DNA of 64,000 nt from an uncultured virus (IMG/VR IMGVR_UViG_3300033069_001311) (IMGVR_UViG_3300033069_001311); one strand, 5' to 3'. Shown: positions 46,393 to 54,687, counted from the stretch's first letter. The notes: generated from the sequence alone by a model not told the origin. Program-made: numbers and translations.

Positions 46393-46838
46393 GGAGTGGC
46401 GGTTTTACGGATCGCCCACACCTTGAAATTGCTCATGGCATTGGTGGACCCGTTCTGGAGACTCTTGATCTTGATGTATCGGACCGCATCGGTATTCGCC
46501 GCGGGAAGGTTGGTGAAGGCGACCACCTGATTCGTGCTGTTGTTGGGGATGACCCACGTCAAGGTAGGCGTGGTCTCGTACGTCACGCCATCCGCGGATC
46601 GGACGAGGGTGAGGGTACAGTTCGCCGCGGCGACAGCGGCCCCGGCGGTGTGGATGAACTCGACCTGCAACCCGAGGCGGGTGTAATTCTTCAGGTCGAT
46701 GACGTTCCCGGTGCCAGTCGTCTGGGTCGCAGACGCCGTAAGGGAGTTGGTGGTCGCAAGACTCACGGCGTGGTAGTCCGCCGCGGAGGCGGACATCAAA
46801 CCGAGAGCGAGGAGACCGGAGGCGATGATGTTCTTCAT
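46389..46838 (-). CDS. putative capsid decoration protein with signal peptide
   Basis: MKNIIASGLLALGLMSASA-ADY; beta-rich; directly after major capsid gene. Confidence 0.7.
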   Translation of the reverse strand: MKNIIASGLLALGLMSASAADYHAVSLATTNSLTASATQTTGTGNVIDLKNYTRLGLQVEFIHTAGAAVAAANCTLTLVRSADGVTYETTPTLTWVIPNNSTNQVVAFTNLPAANTDAVRYIKIKSLQNGSTNAMSNFKVWAIRKTATP

Positions 46839-46847
46839 AATCTGGGA

Positions 46848-48536
46848 TCAGGCCGGGGTGTGGACGACGGAACCGAAGTTCACGATGGCCTTCGAGTTGA
46901 GCGGGCACTCGACGACGGCGGTGGTCGTGGTGGACGTCAGCGTCCGGTCGATGGTCGGGTTCTCCATGGCGCAGGAGAAGGTCGAGTCGATCTTCGCGAG
47001 ATCCTCGATCCGGCCCGTGGTGTACTGCTTCCGGTTCGAGCCGAGGACTGCGGGATAGATCGACCCGCCGCTGCCGATGTCGAGCGGGAGCAGGAACTTA
47101 CCGAGGCCCGCCGAGTTGACCGTCGCGGCATCGCCGGCCATTGCTTCGAAGTCGTCGAAGAAGTCGTCGGTGATGATGTTGATGTAGACGCCGTGCGGCT
47201 TGTAGAGCTTGTACCGGCGGAACGGGAACCCGAGCGAGGTCGTGCCTTCGTCGATGTTGAGCCGGACGATGTCGCCCAGCTTCTCCTTCGAGTAGGCGAT
47301 GAAGGCGATCATGAACTCGTCGGCGACACCTTGGCTGGTGTAGATGTCGATCTCGTTCGCGTTCTTGCCCTGGCTCTTGCGTGCCCGCCAGAGGTTGTAG
47401 ATGTCGGTCTCCAGGAAGGAGCTGATCTCGACGTCGGCGCCGGCAGAGTCGGAGAACTGACCGCAAGCCTGAAGCTGGGGCAAGACGCCGATCATGTTCG
47501 CCCGGTAGGCGCTGAGCTTGCCTCCGGTGCCGGGGTCGACCGTGGCGCCGGAGAGCGAGGTGATCTGCGAGAGTGATCCCCAACCGGTGAGGGTCTGGTT
47601 CGAGCTGATCGCGGTGCCGAAGAAGAACGAATTGAGGAACTCCTTCCGGTCCTTCTCTTCGTCCTGCCGGTTGCGCTCGGCGAGGGGGATGTCTTGGAAC
47701 ATCGCGTACCACCGGTTGCTGTCCATCAGCTTGGCGAACATCTCCTTGTAGTGGGAGTCCACCGACCGGACCATGCGGCGAGTCTGGTACCAGAACGGCA
47801 CCAGCTTCGTGGTGTTGATGTTCAGGTTGTTGTAGCACCAGCTCTCAACGTCCGCGACGTTGTTGGAGCCTTCGACCAAGATGCCGGAGGCGGAGGTGCT
47901 CAGCGAGCTGATTTCGCCGGAGGTCTTCTGGAGGTACTCCAACTCGATGTCGACGGCGTCGGTCGAATTGGCGCCAGCCTGGATGACCTTGAACTGGGCG
48001 AGGGCCCACGCGCCGGAGTTCGGGGCGATGAGGTAAACGAACTTGCCGGGGAGGAACCGATCGGCGGAAGTCGTCCAGGTCGAGGAGAACTGGGACTTCA
48101 CCGTGACGACGCGGTTACCGGCCTGGGCCGCCACCGGAAGGTTCCCGGTACCGTAGACGTTACCGGCCGCGTTCGCGGTCAGGTACCAGTGATCCATGTT
48201 CACCACGGACTGCTGCTTGCCGAGGATGAACGGCTGGATGAGGGAGGGGCCCTTGGCCACGCGCTGGATATTGACCAGCGACCCCATGCCCTGCTTGTTC
48301 GAGGACATGATCCAGTCGAAGAGTGCCGAACGCCGGATACCGCACGCCTTCATCTCGATGGTGTGCTTCAGGTAGGCGTCCAGCTCGGCCCACTTGTTGG
48401 CGGAGGGGCTGAACAGCGCCTTGGTCTGGGCGGGGGTGAGGACGGAGAGACTCGCCCGGGTGAGCGTGCCAGTCGTCGCATAGGTGTTTGCGATGGCGAC
48501 ATCGCACTGCGTCGCAAATCCAGAATCGTATGCCAT
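46848..48536 (-). CDS. major capsid protein
   Basis: 562 aa from MAYDSGF; strongest codon bias in window; EKDRKEFLNSFFFG...GVLPQL backbone-helix pattern; own promoter region. Confidence 0.75.
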   Translation of the reverse strand: MAYDSGFATQCDVAIANTYATTGTLTRASLSVLTPAQTKALFSPSANKWAELDAYLKHTIEMKACGIRRSALFDWIMSSNKQGMGSLVNIQRVAKGPSLIQPFILGKQQSVVNMDHWYLTANAAGNVYGTGNLPVAAQAGNRVVTVKSQFSSTWTTSADRFLPGKFVYLIAPNSGAWALAQFKVIQAGANSTDAVDIELEYLQKTSGEISSLSTSASGILVEGSNNVADVESWCYNNLNINTTKLVPFWYQTRRMVRSVDSHYKEMFAKLMDSNRWYAMFQDIPLAERNRQDEEKDRKEFLNSFFFGTAISSNQTLTGWGSLSQITSLSGATVDPGTGGKLSAYRANMIGVLPQLQACGQFSDSAGADVEISSFLETDIYNLWRARKSQGKNANEIDIYTSQGVADEFMIAFIAYSKEKLGDIVRLNIDEGTTSLGFPFRRYKLYKPHGVYINIITDDFFDDFEAMAGDAATVNSAGLGKFLLPLDIGSGGSIYPAVLGSNRKQYTTGRIEDLAKIDSTFSCAMENPTIDRTLTSTTTTAVVECPLNSKAIVNFGSVVHTPA

Positions 48537-48580
48537 AAGTTCTGACCCTATGTTCAGGGAGGATGGGCCAGAACGCTTTA

Positions 48581-48617
48581 CGACAAATTTGACGCGGTAG
48601 GTGCGACATTCTTGTCG
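48581..48617. promoter_or_regulatory. GACA-N4-TGTC boxes upstream of capsid gene
   Basis: CGACATTCTTGTCG (48604-48617) and near-match CGACAAATTTGACG (48581-48594). Confidence 0.5.
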
Positions 48618-48653
48618 GTTGACGAGGTCTACCCATGCGTATAGGGTATCGGA

Positions 48654-49169
48654 ATGGCAAAACTTCAGCCGCTTTCGAACGATCTTAAGGATAAAATCGA
48701 AGAGTTCCTGGCCCCTGCGTGCCCGGTTCCGCCACGCCCGCACTGGACGCGAGAGTACTTGGCGACCCGATTCGACACCGTCTCCGGGGTCCTGCACTGG
48801 AAACGGGGTTCCCCTGCCGGGTTCCTGGAAAAGCGAACCGGATACTGGCTGGTCGTCCTGGATGGAAAGCTGGTCCCGAGATCGAAGCTGGTCTGGATGT
48901 TGGCGACCGGCGACTGGCCCGAGGACACGCGCCATAAGAACGGCGACAAGGCGAACGATCGGCCGGAGAACCTCGAACTGGTCGACCACAGCACGCGAGG
49001 GGCGGTCCGATTCAAGGACGGGTGGGCCGCACGGGTGTCCGTCGGAGGGAAGAAGGTCTCGTTCGGACAGTACAAGTCCCGCGGGAACGCGCATCTGGCG
49101 TACCTACTGGGCCTTACGCTCCTCAGACTCCAGTCGGAGGACATGGAGCAGGTTCCGCCCAGAGCGTGA
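48654..49169 (+). CDS. HNH endonuclease
   Basis: LVW...G.WP...RHKNGDKANDRPENL; C-terminal AP2-like WAARV. Confidence 0.8.
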   Translation: MAKLQPLSNDLKDKIEEFLAPACPVPPRPHWTREYLATRFDTVSGVLHWKRGSPAGFLEKRTGYWLVVLDGKLVPRSKLVWMLATGDWPEDTRHKNGDKANDRPENLELVDHSTRGAVRFKDGWAARVSVGGKKVSFGQYKSRGNAHLAYLLGLTLLRLQSEDMEQVPPRA

Positions 49170-49323
49170 ATGCCGACAATTGTCAATAGCAGAGCGCACA
49201 AAACATACCCGTGGAGCAGGTTCCATTTCGGGAAACACCCCACATGGAGCAGGTTCCGATTAGAAAGCGCCGGCGCGAAAGCAGCATACTGGCAACGGGT
49301 TACAAAACGATGGAGCAGGTTCC
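49144..49323. repeat. four exact 13-bp direct repeats TGGAGCAGGTTCC (iteron-like)
   Basis: copies at 49144, 49212, 49245, 49311. Confidence 0.9.
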
Positions 49324-49477
49324 ATCTCAATTTCGGGGAAAAGTCCCGTGGGAATCCGAAAACAACCTGCGCCGCTATTGGGGTTCGCCCTAATGTCTTT
49401 CTATTTGAAGAAATATATTCTCACCATATTCTGGAAATTCGCTCGCGCAAGCCATTCGTCCACAGAGAGTTGACTCA

Positions 49478-49580
49478 TGACACTACGCACCACTGCGTAG
49501 TGTCACAAGCGTCCGACCAAAAGTTAAGTCGTTGGTAATCAAGCCAATTTTGTGACACTACGCAGTTATGCGTAGTGTCA
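49478..49580. repeat. two copies of a 28-bp palindrome TGACACTACGCA-N4-TGCGTAGTGTCA
   Basis: 49478-49505 and 49553-49580. Confidence 0.95.
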
Positions 49581-49685
49581 TAATTTCGGGAAAGTGTCGT
49601 TCAGACGATTATATGCGAGATCGACTTTCCAGTTTTGCCACTAAGCGGAATCACTATGCCCTCCCCAGAGAGTTTTCGGTTCGTC

Positions 49686-49715
49686 TTGACTCTGAGTTCG
49701 GCCCAGGTGTAGAAG
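49686..49715 (+). promoter_or_regulatory. sigma70-like promoter, probably leaderless
   Basis: TTGACT-N18-TAGAAG, 6 nt before ATG 49722. Confidence 0.45.
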
Positions 49716-49721
49716 GTCGCC

Positions 49722-50099
49722 ATGGAAATGAACACGATCGTTGGATACAGCGAAATGCAGGGTGGGTGGTGTGTCTACGAGCACGTCGCAGGGGCGGCCT
49801 ACGAAGCTGTAGGCGGCCCGTTCCCGACCCAGGAGCAGGCGTTGACGGCCATGCGCGACGAGTATACGAGAGGCGTAAAGTGCCTCGTATTCGGGTGTTC
49901 GAACCACACCCACCAAGGCAAGTTCGTCGGCGACTTGTGCGCCCCGTGCCACCTCTATTTGACGACGGGGAAGATCGGATGCACTGACAGTTTTCTCGGC
50001 GACTTGGTGGCCGAGATCGCCCGATTGAAGGCGATCCACTGCGCGGCGGCTTCGCTCCTTGCCGAAGCCCCCGGTTCCGGGCATACTCCAACCCCATGA
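49722..50099 (+). CDS. hypothetical protein with Cys motifs
   Basis: KCLVFGCSNH...LCAPC. Confidence 0.7.
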   Translation: MEMNTIVGYSEMQGGWCVYEHVAGAAYEAVGGPFPTQEQALTAMRDEYTRGVKCLVFGCSNHTHQGKFVGDLCAPCHLYLTTGKIGCTDSFLGDLVAEIARLKAIHCAAASLLAEAPGSGHTPTP

Positions 50100-50290
50100 C
50101 CGCCAATCTCCCCGCTGAATGCGCCCGAGCCCTGAACCTTGTCGCCGTTGGCGATGAGGCTGAAATTTCCGTGACCACCGTCAACTCGGACGGCTCCGTC
50201 GTGGTCTCCAGCGAGGACGACATGGCGGAAGCTCCGATGGCGCCGGCCGCCGCGGTCCCGGAAGAACTCGGAAAACTTCTCGGCTCTTGA
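50096..50290 (+). CDS. hypothetical acidic protein
   Basis: ATGA-coupled 64-aa ORF. Confidence 0.6.
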   Translation: MTANLPAECARALNLVAVGDEAEISVTTVNSDGSVVVSSEDDMAEAPMAPAAAVPEELGKLLGS

Positions 50291-50415
50291 CTTCGGCTCG
50301 GGATTCTGGAACTCTGATCCCCGTTACGAGAAGTTCGGTTCAGGTAGTAGTGCATGGTCGGTCCTGCCCCACCCCTGGGTTTTTCCAGCGTTTCCCCGGG
50401 GGTGGGGCTCTTATT

Positions 50416-50490
50416 GGCGGGGTGGAGCATCGGTAGCTCGGCACCCTCATAAGGTGAAGGTAGCTGGTTCAATTCCAGCCCCCGCCCCCA
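50416..50490 (+). tRNA. tRNA with CAT anticodon (Met-type)
   Basis: GGCGGGG/CCCCGCC acceptor, GAGC/GCTC D-stem, CT-CAT-AA loop, GCTGG-TTCAATT-CCAGC T arm, CCA. Confidence 0.88.
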
Positions 50491-50495
50491 TTTTT

Positions 50496-50744
50496 GTGGA
50501 GCAGTTCAACGACAACCTACTGGCGCACGTGGAAAGCCCGTGGCGCCCGGAGTGGGCGACGGATTGGGATGGGTGGGAGGATGAGCCGGTTCCGGTCGAG
50601 CAGTTCGCGCAGGAGCACGAACGCGAAGAGCGGTGGGTTCCGGCCATAAGCCCTGCCGACCGAGACGGTCTCATGGCGCAAGCGATCGAAATCATTGACT
50701 GCGCCTGGATGTCGAAGTATCTTCCAGTTCCTCCCGCCCCATAG
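50496..50744 (+). CDS. hypothetical acidic protein between tRNAs
   Basis: GTG-started ORF (EQFNDNLL...) filling the gap between tRNAs. Confidence 0.45.
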   Translation: MEQFNDNLLAHVESPWRPEWATDWDGWEDEPVPVEQFAQEHEREERWVPAISPADRDGLMAQAIEIIDCAWMSKYLPVPPAP

Positions 50745-50749
50745 GCGGT

Positions 50750-50799
50750 GCCCGCCATCAGACGTAAAGCCTACGGGGTTGTCTGGTCGCGGGCTTTTT
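50750..50799 (+). terminator. long hairpin with UACG tetraloop followed by T-tract
   Basis: GCCCGC-CATCAGAC...c(TACG)g...GTCTGGT-C-GCGGGC-TTTTT. Confidence 0.5.
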
Positions 50800-50802
50800 G
50801 TA

Positions 50803-50877
50803 GGGGTCGTGGTGCAATGGCTAGCACACCGGATTTTCACTCCGACGATCCGGGTTCGATTCCCGGCGGCCCTACCA
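50803..50877 (+). tRNA. tRNA-Glu(TTC)
   Basis: cloverleaf, TT-TTC-AC loop, CCGGG-TTCGATT-CCCGG, CCA. Confidence 0.9.
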
Positions 50878-50882
50878 GTTTT

Positions 50883-50956
50883 GGGCGGATGGTGTAATGG
50901 TAGCACAGCAGACTTTGATTCTGCTGGTACAGGTTCGATCCCTGAGCCGCCTGCCA
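50883..50956 (+). tRNA. tRNA-Gln(TTG)
   Basis: GCAGA-CT-TTG-AT-TCTGC anticodon arm, TTCGATC T loop, CCA; one mismatch each in acceptor and T stems. Confidence 0.85.
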
Positions 50957-50960
50957 GTCC

Positions 50961-52541
50961 TCAGACACTGACCATACTCGACCGCCTCTTCTTCGTCCGC
51001 GGCACGCCCTCGTCCATCAGGGTGTCCAACATCGTCATGGCAATCGCGTACGAGATGGCGTCGAAGATGTGCTTCACTTCCTGCTGCGGCTCTAGGTAGG
51101 TCTTCGCCTTATCGCTCATGTCCTTCCGGAGTCTCTTGAACATGTCGATCGTGTGGACGCAGTGCGCCGAGATCCGGATTCGGCGTTCCCGGAGCAGGCG
51201 CACGAGCAGGTCGACGCGCCTCTTCTGCCACCCGGCCTTCTTCACCTCATTGGAACCCACGAGCCGAATCGTGCCTCCGGAAGCTGCCGTGATGATGCCG
51301 GCGTCCGTGTGCTCTTCCTTGTTCGTAATCCCGTCCGAGGCAACCTGCGCCCGGAACCTTTCGGTGGAACCGTCGGCGAAGTTCGTGAACGTGAGCGGGA
51401 ACCCGGCGAACTCTTCCAGCGCCTTCATCTTCGGCATCACCTGATCCTTCGTAAATGTGTCGAGAGGGACGCTGTCCTTCAGGACCACGTGCTCCTCGAC
51501 GATGTCGAACCCATTCACGTTGTTCGCGTCGGTCCAAGGCTGGATGGCCGCCCATGCATGGTTGCTCTCGCCCGGGTCCCAGCCGGTGATGATGAGGATT
51601 TTCTTCCCTTCGCGGGTCGCCATTGCCCCGTTCGTCGGAGCGAGCAATTCCCAGTCATCCTGGTTTGGGCTGGAGACGTTGCCGACCACGTGCAGGTTCG
51701 GGTCGAAGACGCCCTTAAAGGGGAGCGCCTCGCCGGAGGGGTCGAGCCACTCTCCGAGGACGAATCGCTTGTACCCCTCCGGGTCGGAGGCGTAGGTCGC
51801 CCGGATGTTGGCGAGCTGACGCGGGTCGAGGAAGGTGTTCTCCGGAACCTTGAATTCGAAGACGGCCGAGTTCTGCTGGAACTCCTGGACTGCGGAGCGG
51901 GTAGCATCATCCCAGAACGCGGGGAACTCTTCCGGCTTCAGGCTTCGCTCGCGGAAGAAGACATCCCAGAGCCACGACATCTTCCCCTCCTTTGGGGGAT
52001 TGGAATCCGTCCACAGGCGGAAGTCGTCGTATTTGACCCCCAATTGCCGGAGTTGCATCCGGAGACTATCGAAGATGACCCGGTGGTCATAAAGGTGGGC
52101 TTCGCTCAGCCAGAATCCGGAGAAGGTAGTCGAGAAAAGTTTCTCAGCCGCGTCCTCCGCCCGCTCGATTGGGTAGAGGAGAATTTCCGACTCGCCTCCG
52201 AACCGGTTCCGGAGCCGGGCGCGATTGATCTTGGTGACCGCGTCGGTATGCGGAGCCTTGGTCCATCCGAAGGCGTGGTCCTCTGTGCAGACTCCGGCGT
52301 CAACCCACTCCTGGTAAATCTGAGTCGTCAGCTCGGGCCAGATGCCGGTCGTGCCGGCCCGGGTGGTCTTCGAGATGATGCCCACCCGGGCATTGGGTAC
52401 GGTCCAGCAGTGGCGAAGGACCGTATGTTCGAGGGCGTAGGTCTTCCCGCTCATACGCCCGCCCACCAAGAGCTGGAACATCTTCTGGCAGTCGAAGACG
52501 TCCTGTTGGCGGGGGAATAGGCGGGGAGACCATTTACCCAT
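50961..52541 (-). CDS. terL: terminase large subunit
   Basis: PRQ, Walker A GGRMSGKT, DSNPP, FVLGEW, nuclease GWDPG and HIFDAISYA. Confidence 0.9.
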   Translation of the reverse strand: MGKWSPRLFPRQQDVFDCQKMFQLLVGGRMSGKTYALEHTVLRHCWTVPNARVGIISKTTRAGTTGIWPELTTQIYQEWVDAGVCTEDHAFGWTKAPHTDAVTKINRARLRNRFGGESEILLYPIERAEDAAEKLFSTTFSGFWLSEAHLYDHRVIFDSLRMQLRQLGVKYDDFRLWTDSNPPKEGKMSWLWDVFFRERSLKPEEFPAFWDDATRSAVQEFQQNSAVFEFKVPENTFLDPRQLANIRATYASDPEGYKRFVLGEWLDPSGEALPFKGVFDPNLHVVGNVSSPNQDDWELLAPTNGAMATREGKKILIITGWDPGESNHAWAAIQPWTDANNVNGFDIVEEHVVLKDSVPLDTFTKDQVMPKMKALEEFAGFPLTFTNFADGSTERFRAQVASDGITNKEEHTDAGIITAASGGTIRLVGSNEVKKAGWQKRRVDLLVRLLRERRIRISAHCVHTIDMFKRLRKDMSDKAKTYLEPQQEVKHIFDAISYAIAMTMLDTLMDEGVPRTKKRRSSMVSV

Positions 52542-52872
52542 GGGAGTTGAGCTGAGCCGCCAGAGCCTTGACCTCTGCCGACGTGGGCTCCTTCCCGGTC
52601 GCCATCTTCAGAATCCCGCGCAGGGCCCTCTGCCTCGCGGGCGTCTGGCGCCCCCAGTCGATCTTCTGGATCTGGTCGGCGACACGCATGTTCCAGAAGT
52701 CGACGCCGCACGCCGCGCACCACCGTTCAGCCCGACCCAGAATCCAGGAATCCCACCCCCGGCGGATGAGCCGCTCAAAGTGCCGCAGGCTCAGGCCGAT
52801 GGCTTCGGCCTGGGCTGCTTGGCTCATCGGGCAAATTACCGCCAAAGCCGCCGGGGGTAGGCAGGGTTTCAT
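52534..52872 (-). CDS. putative HTH protein (possibly terminase small subunit or regulator)
   Basis: SQAAQAEAIGLSLRHFERL HTH-like segment; directly upstream of terL. Confidence 0.5.
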   Translation of the reverse strand: MKPCLPPAALAVICPMSQAAQAEAIGLSLRHFERLIRRGWDSWILGRAERWCAACGVDFWNMRVADQIQKIDWGRQTPARQRALRGILKMATGKEPTSAEVKALAAQLNSHG

Positions 52873-53288
52873 CAGACGACGTGGGTGCCTTCAACGCCCC
52901 GGCGCATCCGCTCAAGCGTGCGCTGTTGGAGCCAATGCTGGGCCTCTTCGATGTGGGTCAACGCACAGGCGTTCGCCTTGCACGAGAATGGACCCTTCTG
53001 AAACGACCGGAGCCGGTCGGCCACGATGGCGAGGAGAACCTCCTGCGTGATGCCGTTCACCCCATTCTCGGGGATCGTCCCGTTCTGGAAGACGATTGCT
53101 TGATTCCGAAAGCTCGTCTTGTACCCATCCGACCCGTAGGCCGACGGGTTCTTGTCGGTGTCGAAGCCGGAGATTTCGTACCGGTGGTTGGCGCCTCCCG
53201 CGCCCGGGGCGTCCACGACAGCGATCTTGATGAGATCGTTCGCGGGGTTGACGATGTGGTCTGTGAGGTATCTTGGTTCTGTGCTCAT
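52872..53288 (-). CDS. tad1: Thoeris anti-defence 1 (Tad1) family signal sponge
   Basis: GAGGANHRY, FQNG, LLAIVADRLRSFQKGPFSCKANACALTHIEEA..W...R...R..RGVEGT match the Tad1 pattern; start at MSTEPRY. Confidence 0.85.
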   Translation of the reverse strand: MSTEPRYLTDHIVNPANDLIKIAVVDAPGAGGANHRYEISGFDTDKNPSAYGSDGYKTSFRNQAIVFQNGTIPENGVNGITQEVLLAIVADRLRSFQKGPFSCKANACALTHIEEAQHWLQQRTLERMRRGVEGTHVV

Positions 53289-53290
53289 AC

Positions 53291-54640
53291 TCAGTTGCTT
53301 CCGAAAAAGTAGTCGATGCCGGAGGGCGTCACGCTCGTACCCGGAAGCGTCGTCGGCGCCTGCAATCCAGACCCTCCAGCTGGAGGGGCAGCCGGCGTCG
53401 GCGCCGGAGTCGCAGGCGCGGGCGCCGGGGTCGGAGCCGGGACAGCCCCGTACTTGGGCGCTCGCTTCGTGTACCGCTCGCGCAGAGCCTTGGCCCTCGT
53501 CTCCAGTCCGGCCCGGAGATGGTTGCCCAGCAGGATCTCGACAACTCGCGGCTCCTGGGCTGGAGTCCAGGCGTCGGCTTGCTCCGCCCTGGAGAGCTGG
53601 TTCCATTCCTTGGCAGTGACAAAGCGTCGGCCTTCGAAGGTAACTGTCGACGGGTCCTGTGCAGCGAGAGTGTCCTCACCCGAGCCCACGATTCCTAGCA
53701 GGGTTCGATGCTCCGGGTTGTTGCGGTCCCATGCGGTCGTCGTCCCCGGGGTAAACATCTCATGCGCCAGCTTGGCGAGCCGCTGAGTGGCCGGAAGGGC
53801 TTCCTCGATCGCGTCGGCGAGTGCCGGGTCCTCCGCCTCGATCTCGGCGAGGGGCTTGGAGGCTAAGAGCGACGCGGCCTCCCGCGCTGCGGCTTTCGCG
53901 CTTTCCCGGATGCGCTCTTGCGTGAGTTCGGCTTTCTGCGCGGCGAGGGCTTCTTCGGCGTCCCGTCGGGCTTCAATTCGGGCTTCGGCTCGAATGATGT
54001 CGGACTCCTCAATATCCGGCTCGTACCGATCGCGGAAAGGATCGTGGGCCTCGTCGTCAGGATCGAAGGGATCATTCGGATGCTCCAGTTCCCATTTCTC
54101 TCGGTAGCCTTTCCATTTGGTCTCGTACTCGGTGTATTTCTGGACGATGTTCTGCCCCCGGTACTTGCTCTTGGGGTCGGTCTCCAGAAGCCGGAGCGCC
54201 TCGATTCGGAGGGATTCCGGAGTCGGAGCCTCGGGCGCGGGGGCCGGCGCAGGCGCCGCGGGCGTGGCAGCCCGAGCCAGCTTATCGGCGACGGCTTCCA
54301 GCTTCTCGGCCGCCTTGGTCAGGGCGCTGGTCCTGGGGGAGGGTGTCGGCGCCGGGGGAGTGGCGGGTGGTGTCGCGGGCGGAGTCTCCGGGGGCGGCGT
54401 GGCCGGAGAGGCGGCAGGCGGAGTCTCGGGTGCGGTCGGGGGAGTTTCGCCGGGCAGCGGCTCAGGGTCGGGGACCGGGGTGTCGATGACGGTTCCGGAG
54501 GGATTGACTCCGATCAGGCGAAGGGCATCGGCTACGGATCGGTCGACCGGTGGGCCCGGCGGGGGTTCGACGGCCTCGATGTTCTTGGGAGCGTCCTCGG
54601 GGGAAATGTGGCGCAGTGTAACGCCCTCTTCATTCGGCAT
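53291..54640 (-). CDS. putative scaffolding protein
   Basis: Pro/Ala-rich ends, helical core, first gene of packaging operon. Confidence 0.55.
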   Translation of the reverse strand: MPNEEGVTLRHISPEDAPKNIEAVEPPPGPPVDRSVADALRLIGVNPSGTVIDTPVPDPEPLPGETPPTAPETPPAASPATPPPETPPATPPATPPAPTPSPRTSALTKAAEKLEAVADKLARAATPAAPAPAPAPEAPTPESLRIEALRLLETDPKSKYRGQNIVQKYTEYETKWKGYREKWELEHPNDPFDPDDEAHDPFRDRYEPDIEESDIIRAEARIEARRDAEEALAAQKAELTQERIRESAKAAAREAASLLASKPLAEIEAEDPALADAIEEALPATQRLAKLAHEMFTPGTTTAWDRNNPEHRTLLGIVGSGEDTLAAQDPSTVTFEGRRFVTAKEWNQLSRAEQADAWTPAQEPRVVEILLGNHLRAGLETRAKALRERYTKRAPKYGAVPAPTPAPAPATPAPTPAAPPAGGSGLQAPTTLPGTSVTPSGIDYFFGSN

Positions 54641-54661
54641 ATAGGGAGGCTACCACGGGGC

Positions 54662-54687
54662 GACAGAATTGTCATGACAGAAATGTC
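54662..54687. promoter_or_regulatory. tandem GACA-N4-TGTC boxes in divergent promoter
   Basis: GACAGAATTGTC and GACAGAAATGTC 14 bp apart, next to TTGACG (54689). Confidence 0.65.

Noticed and set aside
48537..49094. 186-aa N-terminal extension of the capsid ORF
   Set aside because: It is the antisense of the HNH gene plus promoter region; real start is likely MAYDSGF at 48536
49144..49323. CRISPR or guide-RNA array
   Set aside because: Repeats are only 13 bp, gaps are 55/20/53 bp, and no cas or Nop-domain gene is nearby; iterons fit better
50416..50956. tRNA as prophage attachment site, or alternative genetic code
   Set aside because: Phage genes flank both sides, no integrase in window, no suppressor anticodon, and genes end normally at TAA, TAG and TGA
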